Part shown: piece after piece, positions 10,636-19,467 of the stretch | How the letters are laid out: the number at the start of each line of letters is the position of its first letter | Numbering within the stretch: position 1 is the first letter of the stretch | Assembly: GCA_036562765.1 (NCBI GenBank) | Contig: DATCJO010000210.1 | Coordinates: forward strand, 1 to 55,438 | Direction of reading: 5' to 3' | DNA from: Tissierellaceae bacterium | GTDB taxonomy: Bacteria > Bacillota > Clostridia > Tissierellales > Tissierellaceae | Length of the DNA: 55,438 nucleotides | The notes under the pieces: model-generated | Seen by the model: only the letters and a program-made list of their open reading frames with translations | The model's database searches: none | What the model was told of the DNA's origin: nothing | Position numbers and translations under genes: made by a program

Positions 10636-11721
10636 ATGTATATGAGAAAAATCAAAAAATATGTAGCCATGTCATTGATTTCATCTATGCTAATATTTCC
10701 AGTAGCCTCGATGGCAGAAAATAGTTTAGAAATTCCACCAGACAGCCCAGTAGAAAGCAATATAATCTTAGCACCTATTTCTGAAGAAGTGGATGATATA
10801 ATAAATGAAGTCCAAATTCCGGATTATATTGAATATAGAGGGAAAATTGCTGAAATCGATAAAAAAGGCGATATGGTAAGAATCTGGGTTAAGGATAATT
10901 TAGATGAAGAATTTAATGGAATGCTTTTCTATATAACAGAAGATGTAATCTTGTTGAATGACAAGACTAATGATTTTGCTAAAGCTGAAGAACTTAAAGT
11001 AGGCATGGATGTAACTGGCTATTATCATAAAGAAACAGTTATGGCAATGAGCATGCCTCCTCAATTGGCACCCAATGTAATCGTAATAAATGAAAATAAA
11101 AATCCAAGTTTTATCCGCATATCAAAATTCGATGAAAACCTAATAAGCTCTGAAGGGGATTTAAAACTAAATGTATCTGATGATACTACAATAATAGATA
11201 AAAATGGCAATAAAGTTAATAAGGAAGATATTAAGAATAAGGATTTAATAGTCTTCTACAATATCGTAATGGAAAGCTATCCAGCTCAAACAAAACCTGA
11301 AAAAATTATAGTTTTGGAAAGAAAAGAACAAGTAGCAGATACACCTGAATCAATAGAGTTGCAATTAAATATAGAAGCTTTAGGAAAGATAAACATCAAT
11401 GGAAAAGACATAAAGTTGGACAATGAAATGTTTGAAAATGAAAATGGAATAGTAATGATACCTTTAAGGCAAATAGCAGAAGCTTTAGGATATGAAGTTA
11501 CTTGGGACAATGATGCTAAGAGGATTGAGTTAATAAAGGGACCTCAATATATAACATTAACTATTGGAAAGGATAATTACAGCTTTGCTAAGATGCTAAT
11601 AAATCTTGGAAATGTTCCTGTTGTGAAGGATTCAAGAACTTTTGTACCTTTCGATTTTTTACAAGAAGTAATGAACTTGAAAGTAGAAATAATAGATGGG
11701 GTTATTAACATAACTGAATAA
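10636..11721 (+). CDS. Secreted protein with a C-terminal copper-amine-oxidase N-terminal-like (stalk) domain.
   Basis: Signal peptide MRKIKKYVAMSLISSMLIFPVASMA behind an AGGAG RBS. The C-terminal segment IPLRQIAEALGYEVTWDNDAKRIEL is the Cu_amine_oxidN1-type repeat. The ORF track places the start at 10585. Confidence 0.6.
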   Translation: MYMRKIKKYVAMSLISSMLIFPVASMAENSLEIPPDSPVESNIILAPISEEVDDIINEVQIPDYIEYRGKIAEIDKKGDMVRIWVKDNLDEEFNGMLFYITEDVILLNDKTNDFAKAEELKVGMDVTGYYHKETVMAMSMPPQLAPNVIVINENKNPSFIRISKFDENLISSEGDLKLNVSDDTTIIDKNGNKVNKEDIKNKDLIVFYNIVMESYPAQTKPEKIIVLERKEQVADTPESIELQLNIEALGKININGKDIKLDNEMFENENGIVMIPLRQIAEALGYEVTWDNDAKRIELIKGPQYITLTIGKDNYSFAKMLINLGNVPVVKDSRTFVPFDFLQEVMNLKVEIIDGVINITE

Positions 11722-11730
11722 GCATTTTAA

Positions 11731-11757
11731 GGAGCACTTTATATGTGCTCTTTTTTT
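11731..11757 (+). terminator. Rho-independent terminator.
   Basis: GAGCAC-TTTATAT-GTGCTC followed by T7. Confidence 0.7.
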
Positions 11758-11782
11758 ATATGAGTATATTTCAAAAGGTGAT

Positions 11783-11811
11783 TGTAATATTTTGTCAAAT
11801 ATTGTATAATT
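11783..11811 (+). promoter_or_regulatory. SigA-like promoter.
   Basis: TTGTAA-N17-TATAAT, about 120 nt upstream of the ATG at 11933. Confidence 0.4.
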
Positions 11812-11932
11812 TTCGTAGGTCTTTTGTCCTATTTTAATTAAACTATAATAGTACTATAGTACTAATTTATAGCTTTACTATTTTACATGTAAAATATAGA
11901 GCACCTTACCAAATAAGATTAGAGGTGACGAG

Positions 11933-11995
11933 ATGAAAAACATAATAAAAAAAACATTTAAACCAATAAGGGTATTACAATTAGAAAAAAATTAG
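11933..11995 (+). pseudogene. Detached N-terminal fragment of the downstream PAS-GGDEF-EAL-PilZ gene, separated from it by an apparent -1 indel in an A7 tract.
   Basis: An ATG behind an AGAGGTG RBS encodes MKNIIKKTFKPIRVLQLEKN*. Reading resumes in the adjacent frame as ..KKLEQLKESYIYVQSLIKVGSWIYYVDEDEVFWSEEIYNLLGV, which aligns with the N-terminus of the paralogue at 8261. One extra A in the run at 11985-11991 joins the two frames. Confidence 0.7.
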
Positions 11996-12129
11996 AACAA
12001 CTAAAGGAAAGTTATATTTATGTTCAAAGTTTAATAAAAGTTGGAAGCTGGATATATTATGTTGATGAAGATGAAGTATTTTGGTCAGAAGAAATATATA
12101 ATTTATTAGGAGTTAAATCAAAATCTTCA

Positions 12130-15100
12130 TTGAAAAAATTAGAGGACTTTTATAGATTTGTCCATCCAGAAGATTTAGAAAAAGTAGTAAAATCTATAAG
12201 CAATTCATTTCAAGGAAGGGAATTTGATATTGAGTTTAGAATCATTAATAATAATGGGGATATAAAGTTTTTAAGGGAAAAGGTTAAGGTCATTTTAGAA
12301 GAAAACAAAGTTCAAAAGATAGTCGGAATTATTCAAGATTTAACAGAAAATATGGCTGTAAAAGAAAACTTAAAATTTTTTAGTAGGGATTTAATAGATT
12401 TACAAAGGATTTTGGGGATAGGAGCATGGAGATATAGTTTTAAGGAGAAGAAATTTTACTATACAAATGAGGTATTTAGTATATTAAACATCGAGCAGAA
12501 AGATTTGGGAAATAATTATGAAATGCTGTTAGAACTAATACATCCTCAAGATAAAGCTATAGTTAAAGGTGCCATAAAAAATTATGTCGCTGGTGATGCT
12601 ATTGATATAGAGTTTAGGATATTGGAAAATGATGGTACATATAAGTATGTTAAAGCAAAAGGAGAACCTCAATATGACAAAAATGGGGAATTAGTTGAAT
12701 TATTTGGGATACTACAGGATATAACAGATAGTAAAGTATTAGAGGAAAAAATTAACACAGTAAATGATATCGCTTTAAAGGTAGAGAACCTTGCTCATGT
12801 TGGAAGCTGGCAAATGAATTTGGAAAATAAAGAGTTGATTCTTTCAAAAGAAGCTATGAAAATCTATGGGATTAATCCTGTTAAATTTGACAATAGCTAT
12901 GAAGAATTTCTAAAAAGAGTTCATCCAGAAGACCAACATATTTTTAATGACATATTAGATAATCCACCTAATAATCCTTGTAGTTTAGAATACAGGTTTT
13001 TAAAGCCAGATGGTTCAATTAGTTATATATATCATAGGATTGATTTTATTTTTAATGAAAAAAACAAGCCAGTTTTTGTATATGGAGTTATTCATGACAT
13101 TACAGAATATAAGGAATTAAAAAGCAAGCTGAAAGAAGAGCATATTGAAAGAATAAAACTGGAAAAGAAATATGAAACACTGATTCAAGGTTCTAATGAT
13201 GTCTTTGAAATTTTGGATAAGGATGGAACTACTATATATGTTAGCGATGCAGTTGAAAGGGTTATTGGCTATACAGTTAAGGAGAAATTAGGGAGAAAGC
13301 CATGGGAATTTTTTGACGGAAAAGAAGCTGAAAATGTAAAAAATATAGTTCTAATGTCATTATCTAGTCCTAACAAAAGGATTATAGAGAATTTCCCACT
13401 TAAAAGAAAAGATGGGCAAAAAGTTCATATTGAAGTTAGCATACAAAATCTACTTAATAATTCTAGTATTGAAGGTATAGTATTAAGTTACAGGGATATA
13501 ACAAAAACAATAGAAACTGAGAAAAAAATGTCCTTTATGTCTACCCATGATAAATTAACAGGGCTTCCTAATAATATTTTTTTTATGAAAAAATTAAGGC
13601 AGCAGTGTGAATATGCTAATGAGAATAAAAAGCCCTTTGCATTGATGATGTTGTATATTGATGGAATAAAAGACATAGCTTATTCTTTTGGCTATGAAAC
13701 AGAGGAACAACTATTAATAAATGCAGTTGAGAGAATAAAGGATTATTTAGGGGAAGAAACTTTTATAAGCAGATATCATGATGACCTTTTTGCTATTATA
13801 GTCCATGGCATGAAGGATTTGGGGGATTATGAAACAATTGGAAAGGGAATTATAAAGCAATTTATGTATCCTTTTAAAGTAGAAAGTTATGATTTTGATT
13901 TAGGTGTTAATTTAGGCATATCAATATATCCTAAAGATGCTGAAGGTTATGAATCTTTGATAAGGAATGCAAATCTTGCTTTAATTAGAGCAAAAAAAGA
14001 GGGGAAAAATGTACAGAGATTTTATTCTTCTGATTTAGATATAAAAAGCTATAGGGAATTTATTTTAAAAAGCGACTTGCACAGGGCTATTAGTGAAAAT
14101 CAATTACGCATATATTATCAGCCAATTGTAAGGTTAAATGATAATAATATTTTAGCTGCAGAAGCCCTTTTAAGATGGAATCATCCAGAATGGGGGATAA
14201 TATTCCCTTCTGATTTTATACACCTTGCTGAAGAAACTAGATTAATTATTGATATAGAAAGATGGACTTTAAAGGAAGTCTGTAAAAATTACTGTGAATG
14301 GATTAAAAATGGATTGCCATCTATTAAAGTTTCTGTTAATTTTTCACCTATACAATTTTATGAAGAGAATTTTGTTGATGATATTTTAGATATAATAAAC
14401 CAGTATGAATTAAATCCAGATTTCCTTATTATAGAAATTACTGAATCTACTTTCTTAAAGAATCAAGATACTATAATTAAAAATTTAAAGAAACTTAAAT
14501 CCCATGGGATACAAATTGCCATAGATAATATAGGGAAGGGATATTCTTCCTTGCTATATTTAAGCAGTTTTAATGTTGATATAGTAAAAATTGATAAATC
14601 ATTTACAGGAAATATTTCATTAAATGAAAACAATAAATCTATAATAAAACTCATCGTTAATGTTGCAAGGGAACTTAAAATAAAGCTAGTTGCAGAAGGA
14701 ATAGAAACAGTTGAAGAATTATTGTATTTAAAGAGCATAAATTGCTATACAGGCCAAGGTTTTATTTTTAGCAAACCATTAGAGGTAGAGGATTTTGAAA
14801 AACTATTAAAAGAAGGGAATGTAAAATCTGTATTATTTAAAGATTTGGCGAATGTACCTTTTGCAGAAAGAAGGAAATTCTTTAGGATTAATTTCCTACA
14901 ATTATTGGAAGGAGATTTGACAGTACAAGAAATTCGAGGGAAGAAAATCAATGTAGGAAATACAAAAATACTTATTAAGAATTTAGGTCCTGGAGGTTTG
15001 TGTTTTATATCAAACATAAGATTTCCAGTTGAAAAGGATATTGTCTTACAGTTTACCACTGAACTTGTAGGTAAAGAACTTAAAGTATATGGCTACCCTG

Positions 15101-15342
15101 TATGGAGTAAAGAAATAAAAAGCAATCTATATGAGTATGGGATAAAGTTATATGAGTATGGTGTGGAATTTTCTGTTGATGAAAATGAAAGAATGGAGTT
15201 AATAAGGGAATTGAATAAGGTACAGATAAAGATGAAAAAGAATGAGCTATTTGGAGAAGGCAGATTTATTTCTGGTACTTATGTCCAGTATTTTGCTGAT
15301 TTAAATAAAAATATGAATGAAAAAAGATTAAGTAATAGTTAA
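12130..15342 (+). CDS. c-di-GMP signalling protein with about four PAS domains, a degenerate GGDEF, an EAL and a C-terminal PilZ. The real 5' end is probably at 11933 across the frameshift.
   Basis: There are multiple PAS blocks. RYHDDLF replaces the GGDEF motif. The EAL domain has EALLRW, EITEST and KID, but DNIGKG where DDFGTG is expected. The PilZ motifs are RRKFFR and NLGPGGLCF. It is a paralogue of 8261..10546. The track start at 12130 is a TTG inside the first PAS domain. Confidence 0.85.
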   Translation: MKKLEDFYRFVHPEDLEKVVKSISNSFQGREFDIEFRIINNNGDIKFLREKVKVILEENKVQKIVGIIQDLTENMAVKENLKFFSRDLIDLQRILGIGAWRYSFKEKKFYYTNEVFSILNIEQKDLGNNYEMLLELIHPQDKAIVKGAIKNYVAGDAIDIEFRILENDGTYKYVKAKGEPQYDKNGELVELFGILQDITDSKVLEEKINTVNDIALKVENLAHVGSWQMNLENKELILSKEAMKIYGINPVKFDNSYEEFLKRVHPEDQHIFNDILDNPPNNPCSLEYRFLKPDGSISYIYHRIDFIFNEKNKPVFVYGVIHDITEYKELKSKLKEEHIERIKLEKKYETLIQGSNDVFEILDKDGTTIYVSDAVERVIGYTVKEKLGRKPWEFFDGKEAENVKNIVLMSLSSPNKRIIENFPLKRKDGQKVHIEVSIQNLLNNSSIEGIVLSYRDITKTIETEKKMSFMSTHDKLTGLPNNIFFMKKLRQQCEYANENKKPFALMMLYIDGIKDIAYSFGYETEEQLLINAVERIKDYLGEETFISRYHDDLFAIIVHGMKDLGDYETIGKGIIKQFMYPFKVESYDFDLGVNLGISIYPKDAEGYESLIRNANLALIRAKKEGKNVQRFYSSDLDIKSYREFILKSDLHRAISENQLRIYYQPIVRLNDNNILAAEALLRWNHPEWGIIFPSDFIHLAEETRLIIDIERWTLKEVCKNYCEWIKNGLPSIKVSVNFSPIQFYEENFVDDILDIINQYELNPDFLIIEITESTFLKNQDTIIKNLKKLKSHGIQIAIDNIGKGYSSLLYLSSFNVDIVKIDKSFTGNISLNENNKSIIKLIVNVARELKIKLVAEGIETVEELLYLKSINCYTGQGFIFSKPLEVEDFEKLLKEGNVKSVLFKDLANVPFAERRKFFRINFLQLLEGDLTVQEIRGKKINVGNTKILIKNLGPGGLCFISNIRFPVEKDIVLQFTTELVGKELKVYGYPVWSKEIKSNLYEYGIKLYEYGVEFSVDENERMELIRELNKVQIKMKKNELFGEGRFISGTYVQYFADLNKNMNEKRLSNS

Positions 15343-15443
15343 ATCTAACAATTAACCATTTAATTGAATTTTAAGAAACATCCATTAGTCAATGTGGCAT
15401 GAAAATTTTTCAAGAGTTTTTTAGCATATTTTAAATGAAAAAA

Positions 15444-15490
15444 AGAGGATAAATGGAGGTATGTCCATTTGTCCTCTTTTATTTATTAAA
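15444..15490 (+). terminator. Rho-independent terminator.
   Basis: AGAGGATAAATGGA / TCCATTTGTCCTCT followed by a T-run. Confidence 0.65.
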
Positions 15491-15643
15491 ATATGAACAC
15501 TGGACTAAAAAATGCAATAAATACAGTATATAAAAATTACTTATATAAACATAGTTAACTATTGATAAAAACAATTGGCTGATATTTTTCTATGATGATA
15601 CACTTTTAATATAAACAAATATTAGACAATATGGAGGGATAAT

Positions 15644-16807
15644 ATGAGGCCAAAGGTAATGGAGGAAATTGAGGCCTTAAGGGGCGTCAATTCTGCAAAG
15701 GTAAAGGAAGCCCATGAAGCAGGGAAAAAAGTGGTAGGCATGTATTGTGTATTTTCACCTTCTGAAATTGCATTGGCAGCAGGGGCCATACCCGTTAGCT
15801 TGTGTGGAACAGTTCAAGAGCCAATAGAAGAAGCTGAAAAAGTATTGCCAAGGAATCTATGCCCACTGATTAAGTCTAGTTATGGCTTTGCAATTACTGG
15901 GAAATGTCCATATTTCTATTTTTCAGATGTAATAGTTGCAGAAACTACTTGTGATGGGAAGAAAAAGATGTATGAACTCATGGGTGAATTGAAGCCTGTT
16001 CATGTGATGAATCTTCCACAAACAGCAGAAGGTGAGGATTCCCTAGAAATGTGGAAGAAGGAGATAGTCAGACTTATAAAATTCTTAGAAGAACAGTTTG
16101 ACGTAGAAATTACAGAAGAAAAACTTAGAGATGCAATAAAGTTAATGAATAGAGAAAGAGATGTAATGAGGAGATTACATAAATTAAATGCCCACAAGCC
16201 AGCACCATTATCAGGGATTGACATGATGCTTGCTCAATGGATAAAGGGATTTAACGTAGACAAGGAAGCAGGCATAGAATTAATAGAAAGATTAATAGAA
16301 GAAGTTGAAGAACAAATAAGGCAGGGAATTTATGCCTTTGATGAAAAGGCACCAAGAATATTGTTAACAGGATGTCCAATAGGCTTAGGCTCTGAAAAGG
16401 TATTGAGAGCATTAGAAGAAGCTGGCGCTTCAGTTGTTGCCCTTGAAAACTGCACAGGATATAAGGGATTAGATGTAATGGTAGATGAAGATAAGGACCC
16501 AATTACTGCCATAGCAGAAAAATATCTTAAAACTCCTTGCTCATGTATGACACCAAACAATAGAAGGCTTGATTTAATAAAGAGGTTAGCTGAAGAATAT
16601 CAAGTTGACGGAGTAGTGGATTTGACATGGCAGGCATGCCATACATATAATATTGAATCCTATACAGTAAAGAAATTTGTAGAAGAAGAGTTGAAACTTC
16701 CATTTATGCAAATAGAAACTGATTACTCTGATTCGGATACAGGGCAAGTTAAGGTAAGGGTGGAAGCCTTCTTGGAAACTATAGAAATACCTGCAACTAC
16801 AAATTAG
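15644..16807 (+). CDS. 2-hydroxyacyl-CoA dehydratase (HgdB/HadC) family protein of the double-cubane-cluster-protein type.
   Basis: 387 aa and Cys-rich. It matches the HgdB-like fold family and is immediately followed by its ATPase activase. Confidence 0.65.
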   Translation: MRPKVMEEIEALRGVNSAKVKEAHEAGKKVVGMYCVFSPSEIALAAGAIPVSLCGTVQEPIEEAEKVLPRNLCPLIKSSYGFAITGKCPYFYFSDVIVAETTCDGKKKMYELMGELKPVHVMNLPQTAEGEDSLEMWKKEIVRLIKFLEEQFDVEITEEKLRDAIKLMNRERDVMRRLHKLNAHKPAPLSGIDMMLAQWIKGFNVDKEAGIELIERLIEEVEEQIRQGIYAFDEKAPRILLTGCPIGLGSEKVLRALEEAGASVVALENCTGYKGLDVMVDEDKDPITAIAEKYLKTPCSCMTPNNRRLDLIKRLAEEYQVDGVVDLTWQACHTYNIESYTVKKFVEEELKLPFMQIETDYSDSDTGQVKVRVEAFLETIEIPATTN

Positions 16808-16812
16808 TAAGG

Positions 16813-17577
16813 ATGATAAAAATGCATTATATAGGCATAGACATAGGTTCCACTGCATCTAAAGTATCTATTTTCAATGATAATGAATTAATATTGAATT
16901 TTGTTATGCCAACAGGGTGGAACAGCAAGGAAACTTCGCTGGTAATAGAAAAAAAGCTGGCAGAAAACGGGATAGATTTAGAAAGATCAAAGGTTGTGGC
17001 CACTGGTTATGGCAGGGTCTCTGTGCCATACGCCAATAAAACAGTAACGGAAATAACCTGCCACGGAAAAGGAGCATACTACCTTTTGGGGAAAGATGCC
17101 ACAGTTATAGACATTGGTGGGCAAGATACTAAAATAATTACCTTAGAAAATGGCAAAGTCACCAATTTTACCATGAACGATAAATGCGCAGCTGGTACAG
17201 GCAGGTTTTTAGAGCTGATGGCAAACACTCTAGGCGTAAGCATAAAGGAATTATCGGATATGGCTTTGCTAGGAGAAGATATAAATATTACAAGCATGTG
17301 CACTGTATTTGCTGAATCGGAAGTTATTAGCCTTATAGGCAATGGGACTAACAAGGAAAGCATTGCAAGGGGAATACTTAATTCAATAACCGGAAGGGTT
17401 TATTCAATAGCTTATAAGCATGGCATAAAAGGAACAGTGTTTTTAACAGGTGGGTTATGTGAAATAGATTCCTTTGTTAATATGCTTTCAAAAAAACTTG
17501 GAGTGACTGTAGAAACCAATCCTTTAGCAAGATATGCAGGTTCCATAGGTGCTGCACTACAAGCTAAGAATATATAA
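16813..17577 (+). CDS. Acyl-CoA dehydratase activase (BadF/BadG/BcrA/BcrD ATPase family, HgdC-like).
   Basis: MHYIGIDIGSTASKVSIF is the ASKHA-fold phosphate-1 motif. Length is 254 aa and a C-terminal Cys for the bridging cluster is present. Confidence 0.85.
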   Translation: MIKMHYIGIDIGSTASKVSIFNDNELILNFVMPTGWNSKETSLVIEKKLAENGIDLERSKVVATGYGRVSVPYANKTVTEITCHGKGAYYLLGKDATVIDIGGQDTKIITLENGKVTNFTMNDKCAAGTGRFLELMANTLGVSIKELSDMALLGEDINITSMCTVFAESEVISLIGNGTNKESIARGILNSITGRVYSIAYKHGIKGTVFLTGGLCEIDSFVNMLSKKLGVTVETNPLARYAGSIGAALQAKNI

Positions 17578-17580
17578 AAA

Positions 17581-17613
17581 AACCATAGTGGCAACTCACT
17601 ATGGTTTTTGTTT
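17581..17613 (+). terminator. Rho-independent terminator.
   Basis: AACCATAGTG-GCAACT-CACTATGGTT followed by a T-run. Confidence 0.7.
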
Positions 17614-17703
17614 ATTAAATTTTACATTGGGTATAGTAATGATAAAAGGGAATAATAATATATCCATATACATATTTATAGTATATGAGAAAGGAGATAT
17701 GTT

Positions 17704-18321
17704 ATGGATAAAGTTAAGTTAGCTATAATTTATTATAGTGCAACAGGTATAAATTATCAATTAGCAAAAATGGCAGAAGAAGGTGCCCTTGAAGCAGGTG
17801 CTGAAGTTAGAGTTAGGAAAGTTCCAGAATTAATACCTGAAGAAGTAATTAATAATAATCCTGCTATGAAGGCAAATGCAGAAGCAACCAAGGATGTTCC
17901 AGTAGCCACTGGTGATGATTTAGTCTGGGCAGATGCTATAATATTTAGTGCACCAACAAGATTTGGTAATGTAGCATCTCAAATGAAGAATTTCTTAGAT
18001 ATGCAAGGTGGGCTCTGGGCACAAGGCAAGTTAATGAATAAAGTAGTATCTGCAATGTCATCTGCTCAAAACCCACACGGTGGTCAAGAAGCCACAGTAA
18101 AGGCTATTTACACATCTTTAATGCACTGGGGTGCAATCATAGTTCCACCAGGATATACTGATGAGTCGATATTTAAAGCAGGTGGAAACCCCTATGGAAC
18201 AACTGTTACTCAAGGACCTGATGGCAAGATGGTAGAAGATGTAAAAGAAGCAGTTAAACATCAAGCAAAGAGAACTGTAGAAGTTGCTAGATGGATTAAA
18301 AAAGGTAGGGAAAGCCAATAA
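17704..18321 (+). CDS. wrbA: NAD(P)H:quinone oxidoreductase, WrbA-type flavodoxin-like.
   Basis: KLAIIYYSATGINYQLAK is the N-terminal FMN-binding loop. Length is 205 aa. Confidence 0.8.
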   Translation: MDKVKLAIIYYSATGINYQLAKMAEEGALEAGAEVRVRKVPELIPEEVINNNPAMKANAEATKDVPVATGDDLVWADAIIFSAPTRFGNVASQMKNFLDMQGGLWAQGKLMNKVVSAMSSAQNPHGGQEATVKAIYTSLMHWGAIIVPPGYTDESIFKAGGNPYGTTVTQGPDGKMVEDVKEAVKHQAKRTVEVARWIKKGRESQ

Positions 18322-18324
18322 ATA

Positions 18325-18355
18325 AACATCACCTGTTTAGGTGATGTTTTATTTT
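18325..18355 (+). terminator. Rho-independent terminator.
   Basis: AACATCACC-TGTTTAG-GTGATGTT followed by a T-run. Confidence 0.65.
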
Positions 18356-18450
18356 ATGTAGTTTAATACATGATTTACTATCTAGTTTTTTTTCATTAAA
18401 AATATATAATATTATATATTAACTTAATTAAAAACAAAGGGGGATAAAAG

Positions 18451-19359
18451 ATGGAAGTAGCTTTAGTAGCGAAACAAGTAGGAGTACTTGCAGTACTTAT
18501 GGCCATTGGGTATGTAGGAACAAAGAAAAATATCATAGATGAAAACGTATCAAAAGGATTGGCCAATATACTTACCAGCATAGCTTTACCTGCATTTTTG
18601 ATTTCTTCATTTAACATAACTTATTCCGAAGAAACCTTAAAGGGGATATTGCTAGTATTTATATATTCCTTAGGAATACATATCTTAAATGCTGTTATCA
18701 CCAAATTTCTATATATAAAATATAATAATGGGAAAAATGCAGTCATAAGGTTTGGTACTATATTTGGAAACTGCGGTTTTATAGGACTGCCTATGATTTA
18801 TGAATTGTTTGGTCAGGAAGCCACACTTTATGGTTCTGTGTTTTTGATACCCTATCATATGGTTTTATGGAGTTATGGCGAAAGCTTGCTGGCAAAGGAT
18901 AAAGGAGATTCTCCATTAAAGAAGTTAATTAAAAATCCGTCTCTAATAGCAATAGCAATAGGGATTGTTTTATTTGTACTTAATATACAGCTGCCCTATG
19001 CACTATCGAAGTCCTTTTCAATGTTGGGTTCACTTACTTCCCCTATATCAATGCTGATTTTAGGTGAAAAAATAACAAAATTGAAATTTAAGGAAATGAT
19101 AAAGGATAAGGACATATACTATGGCTGCTTTGTTAAGCTCATTGTCCTTCCTGTTGTTACTTTAGGCGTCATGCTTTTAATTAAAGCGCCTGAACTTATT
19201 AGAAATATAATGGTATTTATGCAATCACTACCTGTGGCCATATTGCTTGTTGTTCTTACTCAAAAACATGAAGGGGAAATTGAATTCGCTTCTAAGTTTG
19301 CGATAATATCTCATATATTTTGTGTAATTACAATACCCTTGATATCTTTGCTTTTGTAA
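18451..19359 (+). CDS. Auxin-efflux-carrier (AEC) family membrane transporter.
   Basis: 302 aa with about 10 TM segments and the AEC-like two-repeat topology. Confidence 0.7.
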   Translation: MEVALVAKQVGVLAVLMAIGYVGTKKNIIDENVSKGLANILTSIALPAFLISSFNITYSEETLKGILLVFIYSLGIHILNAVITKFLYIKYNNGKNAVIRFGTIFGNCGFIGLPMIYELFGQEATLYGSVFLIPYHMVLWSYGESLLAKDKGDSPLKKLIKNPSLIAIAIGIVLFVLNIQLPYALSKSFSMLGSLTSPISMLILGEKITKLKFKEMIKDKDIYYGCFVKLIVLPVVTLGVMLLIKAPELIRNIMVFMQSLPVAILLVVLTQKHEGEIEFASKFAIISHIFCVITIPLISLLL

Positions 19360-19467
19360 GCTGTTAGAAATTAACTGTTAAACTAGAAATTAAATTTGAT
19401 AAAAAAATATTTATCTTGGGTACTAATTAATCATAAGTAAATACATTTTAGCTAGGAGGTACGGTAA

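Noticed and set aside
11933-15342. The split in the second PAS-GGDEF-EAL-PilZ gene could be programmed ribosomal frameshifting.
   Set aside because: There is no slippery heptamer with a downstream structure typical of programmed frameshifting. A single-base homopolymer length change, either a sequencing error or phase variation, is the simpler explanation.
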